Of a stretch of DNA of 64,000 nt, positions 40,401 to 50,913 are shown piece by piece. Position numbers and translations under genes: made by a program. Every line of letters starts with the position of its first letter. The first letter of the stretch is position 1. Source of the DNA: an uncultured Nitrospiraceae bacterium (GTDB lineage: Bacteria > Nitrospirota > Nitrospiria > Nitrospirales > Nitrospiraceae); assembly GCA_963706325.1 (NCBI GenBank), contig CAVPLT010000001.1, forward strand, positions 320,001-384,000. Reading direction: 5' to 3'. The notes beneath the pieces are model-generated. The model did not search any database. It saw only the letters and a program-made list of their open reading frames with translations, and was not told the DNA's origin.

Positions 40401-41453
40401 AAACGAGGAAGCGAGGATCACTCTACCCTGGCGGATTACACCAAGATCCTCAATCGTGACATCGTCCCCTCGTTACGAGGTCTCGACCTGCAGGACATCA
40501 CCCGCGAGAAGGTCAAAGCCCTGGCCCTGGCTGGCCTCCAAAAAGGACAATCGGCCAAAACCGTACAGAACATCGTCCGATGCCTCAGCAGCCTCCTGAG
40601 TCATGCTGTTGAGGATGGACATGTGACGGCGAACACTGCTCTCAAGTCAGGAAAGTTTCTGCCGAAGGTCGGCAAGCGTCACCATATCGCCCCTCTCACA
40701 CGGGAAGAGGTCGCCCTGCTGATCGAGACCGCCAAGGCGAAACTTCCCCGCTACTATCCCTTATTCCTGTGTGCGGTCCGGACCGGCTTACGCATGGGCG
40801 AGCTGCTAGCGCTCCAGTGGGGTGATATCGACTGGCAAGGCCGGTTCATTGAGGTGCAGCGCAATTTCACACACTGGAAGCTAACGACCCCAAAGAGTGG
40901 CGAGAGTCGTCGCGTCGATATGTCGCGAGAGCTGGGCCAAACATTGAAGGATTTACGGACCGAGCAACAGATCGAAGCCGCGGCGCGTGGATGGAAGGAT
41001 CTTCCACCGTGGGTCTTCTGTAGCGAAGTGGGCGGGCTCCTCCACCCACACAATCTACGGGACCGCGTGTTTTATGGATTGCTGACCAAAGCTGGGCTTA
41101 GGAAGGTCCGGTTTCATGATTTGCGGCACACCTTCGCCTCCCTGCTGCTCCAGCAAGGTGAGAGCCTCGTGTATGTGAAGGAACAAATGGGGCACTCGTC
41201 GATTCAGGTGACCGTGGATCTCTACGGGCATCTGATTCCGGGCGGGAATAAACAGGCGGTGGATCGACTCGATACGCCGATGGAAACGAGCCGCTTTGAG
41301 GGCTATTCCGCAACCCCGGCGCAACCAGCCCCACCCGTGATGAGGCCTACGTCGTCAGATTCTGTGGAGTATTCAGTAGTTACGGGGAGAGGGCGTGGGG
41401 TGAGTGACGGGTTTCGAACCCGCGACCTCCGGATCCACAATCCGGCGCTCTAA
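40386..41453 (+). CDS. Tyrosine recombinase/integrase, N-terminus apparently truncated; ORF reads through the att core into the antisense tRNA
   Basis: TGLRMGELLAL (R), TPKSG (K), FHDLRHT (HxxR), MGHSS (H), DLYGH (Y). Confidence 0.92.
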   Translation: MGERNKRGSEDHSTLADYTKILNRDIVPSLRGLDLQDITREKVKALALAGLQKGQSAKTVQNIVRCLSSLLSHAVEDGHVTANTALKSGKFLPKVGKRHHIAPLTREEVALLIETAKAKLPRYYPLFLCAVRTGLRMGELLALQWGDIDWQGRFIEVQRNFTHWKLTTPKSGESRRVDMSRELGQTLKDLRTEQQIEAAARGWKDLPPWVFCSEVGGLLHPHNLRDRVFYGLLTKAGLRKVRFHDLRHTFASLLLQQGESLVYVKEQMGHSSIQVTVDLYGHLIPGGNKQAVDRLDTPMETSRFEGYSATPAQPAPPVMRPTSSDSVEYSVVTGRGRGVSDGFRTRDLRIHNPAL

Positions 41454-41473
41454 CCAACTGAGCTACACCCACC
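41396..41473 (-). tRNA. tRNA-His (GTG)
   Basis: G-1 GTGGGTG acceptor, CCGGA-TTGTGGA-TCCGG anticodon arm, GGTTCGAAACC T-arm, C73 discriminator and encoded CCA. Confidence 0.97.
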
Positions 41474-41584
41474 ACGCAAGGGCGCACAGCGAACGCGCAT
41501 CTTAACAAACCGCGAAGAACAGTCGCAACCACCTTGCGGCCAACCGGACTGATGCCGGCCGAGCGCTGTACCGAGATGGTCGCG

Positions 41585-42304
41585 TCACCCTCGTCGGTTG
41601 TCGAAGGCGTCCTGCATTTCGGCTAAGATAGCGGCGGCGGCGAAGGGGGGATCTTCGGCGTCGCGAATGGGACGGCCGATCACCAGGTAATCGGCGCCGG
41701 CGGCAATGGTTTGAGTGGGTGTGGTCACGCGTGCATGGTCATCGGTCCCTTTTCCGGCCGGTCTGACCCCTGGCGTAACGATAAGCAGATCGGACCCTAC
41801 CTTGGCACGAATGGCCTGCGGCTCTTCTCCGGAAGCGACCACTCCGTCACAGCCCACCTCCGCAGCCAATGTAGCTCTGGCCGTCACGAGATCCTGGACA
41901 GTCCGCTGAATGCCCATATCGCGTAAATCCTGCCCATCGAAATTGGTGAGCACCGTGACGGCTAATAACTTGAGCGCGGATTGGCCTCGTCCCTGCACCG
42001 CCGCAATCAAGGCTTTTCGATTCGCATGAACGGTCAGGAATGTTGCACCCATGGCAGCCACCCGAGTCGTGGCGCGCCGGACGGTCTCTTCGATGTCTAG
42101 AAACTTGAGATCGAGAAACACCCGTTTCCCACGATCAACCAGTCTTCGCACAACATCCGGTCCCGCCACCGTATAGAGCTCCAAGCCGACTTTCACAAAT
42201 CGAACCTGCTCTCCCATACGATCGACTAACGCCTCGGCCTCCACGGCGGAAGGGACATCCAGCGCCACAATCAAACGGTCTCGTGCGTCAATCCTCGTGA
42301 TCAT
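41585..42304 (-). CDS. pyrF: Orotidine-5'-phosphate decarboxylase
   Basis: LIVALD, KVGLEL, FLDLKFLDI..TV, VTPGVR, GADYLVIGRPI. Confidence 0.96.
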   Translation of the reverse strand: MITRIDARDRLIVALDVPSAVEAEALVDRMGEQVRFVKVGLELYTVAGPDVVRRLVDRGKRVFLDLKFLDIEETVRRATTRVAAMGATFLTVHANRKALIAAVQGRGQSALKLLAVTVLTNFDGQDLRDMGIQRTVQDLVTARATLAAEVGCDGVVASGEEPQAIRAKVGSDLLIVTPGVRPAGKGTDDHARVTTPTQTIAAGADYLVIGRPIRDAEDPPFAAAAILAEMQDAFDNRRG

Positions 42305-42419
42305 ACCTACGCCACGACTACCGAGACTCCCCGGAAGCCCAGCTGATTCCTTTCCGTCTCCTTGACCTGTCTTCTCGTCCTATGCTACAAACTCAGGCTT
42401 TGAACGTAGGAGAATCCGT

Positions 42420-42695
42420 ATGCCTGTTGTCCACAAGTCCACGATTCGCCGTGCCCGCCAATCTGAGAAACGCCGGTTGCGCAATCGCGCTACGCTCAGT
42501 TCAGTCAGAAGTGTCCTTCGCAAGGTCCAGGAGGCCATCGCTGCCAAGAAGCCGGATGAAGCGAAGGCCACCTTGCGAGCTGCCACTGCAGCACTGAGCA
42601 AAGCGGTGACTAAGGGTGTCCTGAAGCCCAATACGGCCTCGCGTCGCGTGTCCCGGCTCACCGTGCGGGTGAACGCCCTCACCGCTTCCGCGTAA
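42420..42695 (+). CDS. rpsT: 30S ribosomal protein S20
   Basis: KSTIRRARQSEKRRLRNR, KAVTKGVLKPNTASRRVSRL. Confidence 0.95.
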   Translation: MPVVHKSTIRRARQSEKRRLRNRATLSSVRSVLRKVQEAIAAKKPDEAKATLRAATAALSKAVTKGVLKPNTASRRVSRLTVRVNALTASA

Positions 42696-43788
42696 CCGTT
42701 CTGATATTCGACACCGGTCTCGAGCCCGCCTGGCGCGGGGCCGGTTTCGTCGACTGCCCCAGCGTGACATGCGGCGCTTGTTTCGATGGCTCGCCGCAGA
42801 GCCGAAACAAGAGGTCTTCCATCACGCGAAGCGGGGAACTGCCGCTCCCTCCTTTGAGCCTCGAGTCGGTTTCCATAAACCACTGAACGGCCTGACTTAA
42901 GTGGACATCGGAGAATTGCTCCAAAAATCTTCGCACCCGCGATGGATCCATGCGAAGCGTGCGAGCAGCCTCCGCTTCCCGGCCGCTTGACCTGAGCTGC
43001 TCTTTCGTTTTCCACAGCCGCCGATATTGCCAAACCAATGCCCCCAGGATCCGTAACGGAGCCTCTCCATTTTCCACATTTCTGGCAAGAATCCGGAGTG
43101 CTCGCCCATGGTCATGCGCACCGATGGCGTTCATCAAGTCGAACACCGATGCTCCGGGCTCAGTTCCCCGCAGCGCCTCAACATCCGCCGACTGCACGGT
43201 CTTGTCAGCCGGCACATAGGCGGCCAATTTCTCAAGCTCTCTCCGCACGGCATAGAGCGATTCGCTCCCCGCCTCCTTGAGCAACTGGGCCGCTTCTTCG
43301 CCGATCCGCACACCCAGTGCCGCCGCTTCCTGACGGATCCATGCGGCAAACTGGGCGTCGCGCAATGGGGCGCATGTGACAGTCACAGCTTTCTTGGCCA
43401 ACGCTTGTGTCCACTTGAGTCGACCATCCAGTTTCGCGCCCACAATGATCAGCGTTGTCGTCTCGTTCGGGGCCGATAGATAGGATAAGAGCCTCTCCCC
43501 TTCCCTCGCAGGCAGCTTTTCTAAGGATTTATAGACAATGACGCGACGAGCGGTGAAGACAGGGATTTCTGCCGCACAGGCTAAGACGTCTTCTACGGAG
43601 GAATCGTCACCGTGGAAGACATCGTAATTGAATCCACTGTCCCACGCCTCTCCCAGCGCTGCTTGTCGAAGAATGGAAACGGATTGGTCGCGCAGGTAAT
43701 CCTCTTCGCCGACAACAGAGTAGAGCGGCAGCACCCCGCTATGCGCGAGAGACTGCGACAGGTCCATGCTCATGACTGCGACACTCAT
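42679..43788 (-). CDS. holA: DNA polymerase III delta subunit
   Basis: LY.VVGEEDYL, P.F..RRVI, ELEKL..Y, VFDL..AI, D..LKGG; holA-lptE-leuS synteny. Confidence 0.92.
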   Translation of the reverse strand: MSVAVMSMDLSQSLAHSGVLPLYSVVGEEDYLRDQSVSILRQAALGEAWDSGFNYDVFHGDDSSVEDVLACAAEIPVFTARRVIVYKSLEKLPAREGERLLSYLSAPNETTTLIIVGAKLDGRLKWTQALAKKAVTVTCAPLRDAQFAAWIRQEAAALGVRIGEEAAQLLKEAGSESLYAVRRELEKLAAYVPADKTVQSADVEALRGTEPGASVFDLMNAIGAHDHGRALRILARNVENGEAPLRILGALVWQYRRLWKTKEQLRSSGREAEAARTLRMDPSRVRRFLEQFSDVHLSQAVQWFMETDSRLKGGSGSSPLRVMEDLLFRLCGEPSKQAPHVTLGQSTKPAPRQAGSRPVSNIRTVTRKR

Positions 43789-43809
43789 GTGTAACGGCTC
43801 GCTGTCATC

Positions 43810-44511
43810 TTATCGCCCAGCGTCGGGCTGGGCATTGGTGGACGATGCCGCATCCGCCTTGATTGGGCGCTTGAGCGCCTTGTCTAACTCGCCGGTATCC
43901 TGAAACAACAGGAATCGTGATGCTAAATCTTCCGCGATGAAACGACCCGCCTGCTCCAACGCCCGGTTTTGCAACACGCGGTTGAATTGCAGATCTTGCG
44001 TCAGGAAAAACTCCGACGTCCCTTTTGCAATCTGAGACCAGACGACTTTTTTCGTTTTCGCCTCCTCAATCCTGACACTCACCAGCATTTCTACTCGACT
44101 TTCAAATGTCGTAGTCTGATCGAAGCTCAGGGTCGGTAAGGAAATCTGCATGATTGACCCTGACAGAAAAAGTTCGGCCCCTCCGGACGGCCCGACGATC
44201 TCCGCCCCCGCTCCGGACGAAAACTCTCGGCGCAGGTAATTGGCCAACTTGATTTCAAAGTTCGGCTCATAGGTACTGTTGGAGATAGGAAGAATCGCGA
44301 GCCGTGGCGCCTGTGGCCGCTTGGTCTCTGACTCCGGCGCACCACCGATCGTGGGACCGGGGCCTTGTACTCGAAACTGGTAGCCGCAGGAGGCCACATT
44401 CATCGCCAATAGGCACACAGCCACAGACCCCACGCCCAAAGCAATGTGATGTCCGGCACGTTGGCCCGTCGCTTTATGACCTGTTCTTTCCCACACGGCA
44501 TCACACCACAA
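43810..44511 (-). CDS. lptE: LPS assembly lipoprotein LptE
   Basis: ASCGYQF lipobox, N.TYEP..E; position between leuS and holA; start uncertain. Confidence 0.82.
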   Translation of the reverse strand: MWCDAVWERTGHKATGQRAGHHIALGVGSVAVCLLAMNVASCGYQFRVQGPGPTIGGAPESETKRPQAPRLAILPISNSTYEPNFEIKLANYLRREFSSGAGAEIVGPSGGAELFLSGSIMQISLPTLSFDQTTTFESRVEMLVSVRIEEAKTKKVVWSQIAKGTSEFFLTQDLQFNRVLQNRALEQAGRFIAEDLASRFLLFQDTGELDKALKRPIKADAASSTNAQPDAGR

Positions 44512-46936
44512 AGTTGATCAATTTCTTCTCAACATAAATGACTTTCTTGGGCGCTTTCCCCTGTAACCACTCGGCAACTTCCTTCTTAGCCAATGGCTCC
44601 AGCTGCTCGCGCGATGCCCCGGCATCAAGCTCCAGTTTTCCCCGCAGACGCCCGTTGACCTGAATCGGGATGGTCAGGCGGTCGCTGACCACCAAAGCCG
44701 GATCAAACTGGGGCCAGAGTTGCTGTCCGACGCTTGGCTCCTGCCCGAGACGTGCCCACAGCTCTTCGCTCAAGTGCGGCGCAAACGGAGAAAGCAGTGA
44801 GACAAATGGCTCGAGCAAGCGACGCGACCGCTGCTCCAGCTTGGTCATTTCATTCGTAAATACCATCATCTGCGAGATCGCCGTATTGAATCGCAATGCC
44901 TCAATATCGTCCGTCACCTTCTTAATGGTGTAATGCAGCAGTCGCTGTTGCTCAGGCGTCGGCTCCGCATCCACGACCGCCCCGCTCAAGGCTCCGTCCT
45001 CGCCGATCATCAGCCGCCAGACCCGATCGAGGAACCGCGTAATGCCCTCGACTCCGCGAGTACTCCAGGGCTTCATCGATTCCAGAGGTCCCATAAACAT
45101 TTCGTACAGCCGCACCGCATCGGCCCCGAACTGGTCGATCATCTCGTCAGGGTTTACGACATTGCCGCGTGACTTGGACATCTTCTGATTGTCTTCCCCT
45201 AAGACGATCCCCTGGTGCACCAACTTTCTGAACGGCTCCGGGGTACTGACCACGCCCGCATCGAACAACACCTTGTGCCAGAACCGGCTATAGAGGAGGT
45301 GCAAGACCGCATGTTCGCTGCCGCCGATATAGAGATCGACCGGCATCCAGTATTGTTCCTTGTCCGGATCGACCAGCTGCTGCGCGTTCTTCGGATCGAT
45401 GAACCGCAAATAATACCAGCAGGAGCCGGCCCACTGAGGCATGGTGTTCGTTTCACGTCGCGCTGCCTTGCCGGTGTAGGGATCAGTGATCTCCAACCAT
45501 TCATGGAGATTAGCCAACGGGCTTTCGCCGCTCCCGGAAGGTTTGAAGTTCTTCGTCTCCGGCAATACCAGAGGCAGCTGCTCCTCCGGCAACGGTCGGG
45601 GATCCCCATCGACCCACACGATCGGAAAGGGCTCTCCCCAGTAACGCTGCCTGGCAAAGAGCCAGTCACGGAGCTTGTAATTGATGGTCTTCTTGCCCTT
45701 GCCCTTGCTTTCAAGCCAGGCCGTCATTTTGGGAATGGCCTCGCTGGGCAACGAACCATCAAGAGACAATGACCCATCCGGCGTGGTGGAATTGATCACG
45801 CGGCCTCGATCGGTGTCCGTGAAGGCTGCTTGCTCGACCTGTCCGCCCTGAATGACCTCGCGAATCGGCAAGTGGTATTGCCGGGCAAAGGTCCAGTCGC
45901 GCTCGTCATGGGCCGGCACGGCCATAATGGCTCCGGTGCCATAACTCATCAGGACGTAGTCGGCGATCCAGATCGGCAGACGCTCCTGGTTTACCGGATT
46001 GATGGCATACCCACCGGTGAAGACCCCGCTTTTGACCTTGTCTAATTCCTGGCGTTGCAGATCGCTCTTGCGGATGGCCGCGTCGCGATATTCAGTAACC
46101 TGTGTCCGTTGTGACTGAGTCGTCACCACCTCCACCAGCGGGTGCTCAGGCGCCAACACCATGTAGGTGGCGCCGAACAACGTATCGGGACGGGTCGTGA
46201 ACACGCGCAAATTGCCGGTAGCATCGGCCAAGGCAAAATCTACTTCAGCTCCGATCGACCGGCCAATCCAATTTTTTTGCATCTCCAATGTGCTGGCCGG
46301 CCATTCGACTAATTTCAGATCATCGAGCAGCCGCTCCGCATAGGCAGTGATCTTCAACACCCATTGCTTCATGGGCTTGCGAATGACGTCGAACCCGCCG
46401 ACTTCGCTTTTGCCATCCACAATCTCCTCGTTGGCCAGCACGGTCGCCAATGCGGGGCACCAATTGACCGGCACCTCGGCCACATAGGCCAGACCCCGTT
46501 CGAAGAGCTTGAGGAAAATCCACTGCGTCCAGCGATAGTAGTCCTGATCGGTCGTGCTGAGTTCGCGATCCCAATCGTAGGAGAGTCCGACTCGTTTCAT
46601 CTGGCGCTTGAAGGTCGCGATATTTTGGGCGGTCGTGATGGCAGGATGTACGCCGGTTTTCACCGCATATTGCTCGGCTGGCAATCCGAACGCATCCCAA
46701 CCCATGGGATGCAACACGTTAAAACCGCGCATCCGTTTATAGCGAGACACGATGTCTGTGGCGGTGTACCCTTCCAGGTGCCCGACATGCAGGCCCGACC
46801 CTGAGGGGTATGGAAACATGTCGAGGCAGTAGAACTTAGGCTTCGCAGGATCATCCATCGCGCGAAACGGACGGTGTGTTTCCCAGTAGGCCTGCCACTT
46901 CGATTCAAGGGCCTGATGATCGTAAGTTTTGCTCAT
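44501..46936 (-). CDS. leuS: Leucine-tRNA ligase
   Basis: [41 protein letters not shown]; start MSKTYD at 46936. Confidence 0.98.
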   Translation of the reverse strand: MSKTYDHQALESKWQAYWETHRPFRAMDDPAKPKFYCLDMFPYPSGSGLHVGHLEGYTATDIVSRYKRMRGFNVLHPMGWDAFGLPAEQYAVKTGVHPAITTAQNIATFKRQMKRVGLSYDWDRELSTTDQDYYRWTQWIFLKLFERGLAYVAEVPVNWCPALATVLANEEIVDGKSEVGGFDVIRKPMKQWVLKITAYAERLLDDLKLVEWPASTLEMQKNWIGRSIGAEVDFALADATGNLRVFTTRPDTLFGATYMVLAPEHPLVEVVTTQSQRTQVTEYRDAAIRKSDLQRQELDKVKSGVFTGGYAINPVNQERLPIWIADYVLMSYGTGAIMAVPAHDERDWTFARQYHLPIREVIQGGQVEQAAFTDTDRGRVINSTTPDGSLSLDGSLPSEAIPKMTAWLESKGKGKKTINYKLRDWLFARQRYWGEPFPIVWVDGDPRPLPEEQLPLVLPETKNFKPSGSGESPLANLHEWLEITDPYTGKAARRETNTMPQWAGSCWYYLRFIDPKNAQQLVDPDKEQYWMPVDLYIGGSEHAVLHLLYSRFWHKVLFDAGVVSTPEPFRKLVHQGIVLGEDNQKMSKSRGNVVNPDEMIDQFGADAVRLYEMFMGPLESMKPWSTRGVEGITRFLDRVWRLMIGEDGALSGAVVDAEPTPEQQRLLHYTIKKVTDDIEALRFNTAISQMMVFTNEMTKLEQRSRRLLEPFVSLLSPFAPHLSEELWARLGQEPSVGQQLWPQFDPALVVSDRLTIPIQVNGRLRGKLELDAGASREQLEPLAKKEVAEWLQGKAPKKVIYVEKKLINFVV

Positions 46937-47168
46937 GGTGCTGCAGCTGTATTGGAAATGCGGCGACTCTCGGTTCCCGATAAAAGAACGGACGACTCTA
47001 GCATACGCCGATCGGAGCGACAAGGACGAGCCGAGCAGGACACGTCGCTGCGATCTGGGCTGCGCAGGCTTGATCCGCTGGCGACTCTTGTTGAAATGGC
47101 CGGCAGACGAGTCGTCGGAAATCGGGAGGCGGTATGGCCCCAACCACGAAGGAGGTTCACGCGCGCTT

Positions 47169-47822
47169 ATGTATGCGACGTACATATTCCCACGACTCAT
47201 GGATTGGGTGCTGCGCAGCGAACGGTTCCAAGCCGAACGCCGGCAACTGCTCACGTCGGCGCGCGGCATGGTCCTGGAAATCGGCTTCGGCACCGGGCTG
47301 AACCTGCCGCATTACCCCCAAGCGGTCACGGCGCTCCACACCGTCGACCCCTCACCCATGTTGCCGCACCGGGTGGCCTGTCGGGTGGCTCAGACGCCCT
47401 TCCCCGTCCACATTCAACGGGTGAGCGCAGAAGGCTTGTCTTACGGCGATGCCACATTCGATTGCGCCGTCAGCACCTTCACGCTCTGCACGATTCCGGA
47501 CGCGGTCACGGCGTTATGCGAGGTCCGACGGGTCCTGAAACCGGAGGGCCGCTTTCTCTTCCTTGAGCATGGCCGCAGCGACGATTCCACGATCGCCACG
47601 TGGCAGGATCGACTCAATCCCATCCAAAACTGGTTCGGCTGCGGCTGCAATCTGAATCGACGCATCGATCAATTGATACGTGAAGCCGGTCTGCAATTGG
47701 ACTATGTAGATCGATATGTCCTCTCCGGCGTACCAAGAATCGGCGGAGAAATGTATCGAGGAGCGGCCTTGCGCCATAACGATGACCCGGCCTCTATACC
47801 TCCGGGTCACAATTCCACTTAA
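47169..47822 (+). CDS. Class I SAM-dependent methyltransferase (METTL7-like)
   Basis: [42 protein letters not shown]. Confidence 0.88.
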   Translation: MYATYIFPRLMDWVLRSERFQAERRQLLTSARGMVLEIGFGTGLNLPHYPQAVTALHTVDPSPMLPHRVACRVAQTPFPVHIQRVSAEGLSYGDATFDCAVSTFTLCTIPDAVTALCEVRRVLKPEGRFLFLEHGRSDDSTIATWQDRLNPIQNWFGCGCNLNRRIDQLIREAGLQLDYVDRYVLSGVPRIGGEMYRGAALRHNDDPASIPPGHNST

Positions 47823-47979
47823 ATTGAATCACCGGCCGTAATTTGTACAGTGAGTCACGGCGCGCATTCTCTCTTGCTCTTTTGTGCCTGCCAAAAAACT
47901 GCGCGACCTATTTGATCGTCCGAGTAACTCATCAACCACTTTGGTCAGGTCACGCCGGGCCTAGCCGATAGTATTGAGT

Positions 47980-48666
47980 TCACCCGGGCAGGATCGCACG
48001 GAAACTTTCAATGGAGTCAAAACGCGCCGAGGGGACGGCAGAGGCCTGAGAACTCGACTTTGAACGATGAAATATCCGGCCGATGCCGAAGTGTTCGGCC
48101 GCCGCCAGGCATTGCTCATCGTCATCGATGTAGAGGGCTTTCGCGGGATCAAAGCCGACGAGCCGGCGGCAGCTCGGCCAATATTCCGATCGCATCTTGA
48201 GCCATCCGACTTCGAAAGCGTCCACGATGCGATCCACTTGTTGGTCCAGCCCGGTTTTGGCTGTTTTGACATCTACCCCGGCCCGATGGGCGTTCGTCAA
48301 AATGGTCACCCGTTTGCCCAATCGACGCAGGGACAGCAAAAATTCTTCGGCATCGGGTAGAAATCCGATCATGTGGTCGAGTTCGCGATGCATCGCCACT
48401 ACATCCAACTCCACCCGCTCCGTCCAGTAGTGCAGATCAGTCCAGGCCAATTCGCCTTCCACGGAACGGTACATCGTCATCAAACGATCGCGGGCGTCCT
48501 CAAACGCCAGCGCATGCTTGACTGCATACCGTCGGGGCAGCTCTTCTTCAAAAAAAAAGTTGTCGAAATGGCGATCGAGCAGGGTGCCGTCCATGTCGAG
48601 CAAGACATCGTCGATCCGGCTCCAATCGACGGGTTGAGGGGTGATTGCCGGGCGGTTTTGCAACAT
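47980..48666 (-). CDS. HAD hydrolase, YrfG-like GMP/IMP nucleotidase
   Basis: LLDMDGTLLD.HFDN.F, LTNAH, IDDDE..L..A..FGI. Confidence 0.82.
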   Translation of the reverse strand: MLQNRPAITPQPVDWSRIDDVLLDMDGTLLDRHFDNFFFEEELPRRYAVKHALAFEDARDRLMTMYRSVEGELAWTDLHYWTERVELDVVAMHRELDHMIGFLPDAEEFLLSLRRLGKRVTILTNAHRAGVDVKTAKTGLDQQVDRIVDAFEVGWLKMRSEYWPSCRRLVGFDPAKALYIDDDEQCLAAAEHFGIGRIFHRSKSSSQASAVPSARFDSIESFRAILPG

Positions 48667-48743
48667 GATGGCAGTATAACGGAGGCCGATGGCCAAGACG
48701 AGTCATTGTGTTCGGCGAAATCTCTATGCTACCGTTCCCCACC

Positions 48744-50120
48744 ATGTCGCGTACCAAATCAGCCCACGGTCCTGTCGCGCCGCTGTTTACCCTTGAGGGT
48801 GGACGCCTGCCCATTATCGCGATCATCGGTCGCCCCAACGTCGGCAAATCGACCCTGTTCAACCGGATTCTCGGCACGCGCGCGGCGATCGTCGACGATG
48901 TGCCGGGCGTGACCAGAGATCGCAACTATGCCGACAGCGCCTATCGTAATCGGCAGTTTCGCCTGGTCGATACCGGAGGCCTTGATCCCACGGCCAACGA
49001 GGGCATGTTGAATTTGATCCGGCAACAGTCCCAGCTCGCCATTGCCGAGGCTGATATTCTGGTCCTCGTCCTCGATGCCCGGGCAGGACTCACCCCGCCG
49101 GATGAAGAAGTCGTGCGGACGCTGCGCGGGACAGACAAACCGGTCTTTTTTGTGATCAACAAGATCGATACGCCGAAAGCCGATCCGCTCATCGCCGATT
49201 TTTATCGGCTGGGACAGGACCAGCTCTACCCGTTGTCGGCCGAACATGGAATCGGGGTCGCCGAGTTGCTGGATGATCTCTTCGCGCACATGGCCGAGCC
49301 GCCCGACGAAGAGACACATACCGACATTCCACGCATTGCCATCGTCGGACGTCCCAATGTCGGCAAATCCACCTTGGTGAATTCCGTCCTGGGCGAAGCG
49401 CGTGTCGTCGTGAGCGATGTGCCGGGGACCACCCGTGATCCGGTGGATTCTGTCGCCACGTTCAAAGACCGGCAATATGTGCTGACTGACACGGCCGGCA
49501 TCCGACGTCGAGGCCGTGTCGAACGCGGCATCGAAGGGTACAGTGTCGCGCGATCGTTGCGGGCTATCGGCCGTTCGGACGTGGCAGTTCTCCTGCTCGA
49601 TGCGGAAGAAGGGGTCACCGAACAGGATACCAAGATTGCCGGACTTGTCCTCAAGCAAGGACGCGCCTGCATCCTGGTCGTCAACAAATGGGACCTCAAA
49701 TCCGACGACGTGGGGGCAAGGGAGGCGTATAAAGAAAACCTGGAACGCCGCTTCCCCTTCCTCGCCTGGGCGCCGGTGCTGTTCATCTCTGCCCTAGAGC
49801 CGGACTTTCTTCGCGGCTTGTTCGCATTGATCGATCAAGTCTATTTCTCATTCTGCAAGCGAGTTCCGACCGGCACCCTGAATCAATTCTTCCAATCACT
49901 TCTCGAAGAGCACCCTCTGCCGGTCAGGAAGGGAAAGCCGGCCAAAGTGAGCAAATCGGCCTTCGTGACACAGGTCGCGACCCGACCACCGGGATTTGCT
50001 CTTTTTGTCGGACACCCCGATGACATGACCCCTGCCTATCTCCGCTTCCTCGAAAACCAAATCCGGAAAGAGTATCGTTTTTCAGGCACACCCCTTCGCC
50101 TGATGGTACGTAAAAAGTGA
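48744..50120 (+). CDS. der: Ribosome biogenesis GTPase Der (EngA)
   Basis: Two GRPNVGKS P-loops, DTGG/DTAG, NKID/NKWD, KH-like C-terminus. Confidence 0.97.
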   Translation: MSRTKSAHGPVAPLFTLEGGRLPIIAIIGRPNVGKSTLFNRILGTRAAIVDDVPGVTRDRNYADSAYRNRQFRLVDTGGLDPTANEGMLNLIRQQSQLAIAEADILVLVLDARAGLTPPDEEVVRTLRGTDKPVFFVINKIDTPKADPLIADFYRLGQDQLYPLSAEHGIGVAELLDDLFAHMAEPPDEETHTDIPRIAIVGRPNVGKSTLVNSVLGEARVVVSDVPGTTRDPVDSVATFKDRQYVLTDTAGIRRRGRVERGIEGYSVARSLRAIGRSDVAVLLLDAEEGVTEQDTKIAGLVLKQGRACILVVNKWDLKSDDVGAREAYKENLERRFPFLAWAPVLFISALEPDFLRGLFALIDQVYFSFCKRVPTGTLNQFFQSLLEEHPLPVRKGKPAKVSKSAFVTQVATRPPGFALFVGHPDDMTPAYLRFLENQIRKEYRFSGTPLRLMVRKK

Positions 50121-50318
50121 GGCGGCTTTGCCAAAGCGATACGTGTTCGACACAATCGGATACAGGTCGCTTCTCCACTTGTGGTTCCCCAATCACATTG
50201 TATTGAACATTTCTTAGCATTCCTTCCCCTCCCTCCGGTCCACACCGAGGCTCGACTTTTGCTTCTCTCCTATCGCATGAACGGCGATCCGCACCGATGG
50301 GCGCTAGGAAAAGTAGGC

Positions 50319-50714
50319 ATGATGTACAGCCGCCACCCGCAGATAACCGTCCGCACAACCCCCTCGTCCAAAACCCAAGTCATCGTCCTCTCAATGGACT
50401 GTCACATTCTGCACGTCACCGACGGGGCAGGAGACCTGGCGCACCTGCTCAACAAAGGAGCTGGCCGAATGCTGAGCCACACCCCACGATCGCCCCTGCC
50501 CCATCCGCTCCTGGATGTGTTTCACACTGTCCTCGCCATACTTGAGAAGCACATCGCTGCCGAAGATTGGAATCCCTTCGAAGTCGATCACCTCGCTCAC
50601 TCGGTGGACGGTACCGTGCGACTTCGAGGATTCGGGATTCCCGATCAGGCCCGACGCCAACAGTCACGCGTGGTCCTCACGCTTCAAGAGCCGGCCTGCC
50701 GTTCGCCACTGTAA
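50319..50714 (+). CDS. Hypothetical protein (PAS-like N-terminus)
   Basis: VIVLSMDCHILHV; ORF with plausible composition; start uncertain. Confidence 0.5.
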   Translation: MMYSRHPQITVRTTPSSKTQVIVLSMDCHILHVTDGAGDLAHLLNKGAGRMLSHTPRSPLPHPLLDVFHTVLAILEKHIAAEDWNPFEVDHLAHSVDGTVRLRGFGIPDQARRQQSRVVLTLQEPACRSPL

Positions 50715-50913
50715 ACCTCAGTCCCATTCGCCCGCGAGCCCACGGCACGCACCTCCAAGGCCTTTCAACTTGACTCCCCTGGATCAGCATGTTATTCGCA
50801 CATGTAGCGCGGTACCGCCGCATGGCCGGACGACAAGAGCCTTCTCATAACAATTCGGCTCTATCACCACTCATCGACATGACACCATCCATCTCGATAG
50901 GTCTGTAGGCAAC

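Larger units (their letters stand above)
25928..41418. mobile_element. tRNA-His-integrated genomic island (~15.5 kb, defective prophage/satellite-like)
   Basis: 23-bp direct repeat at both ends, tyrosine integrase next to the tRNA, TerS, many pseudogenes. Confidence 0.9.

Noticed and set aside
42380..43033. 217-aa minus-strand ORF over rpsT and holA, and similar long antisense ORFs elsewhere
   Set aside because: Shadow frames of well-supported genes in GC-rich DNA.
46937..47293. N-terminal 119-aa extension of LeuS in the ORF track
   Set aside because: It overlaps the opposite-strand methyltransferase, and LeuS similarity begins at MSKTYD (46936).
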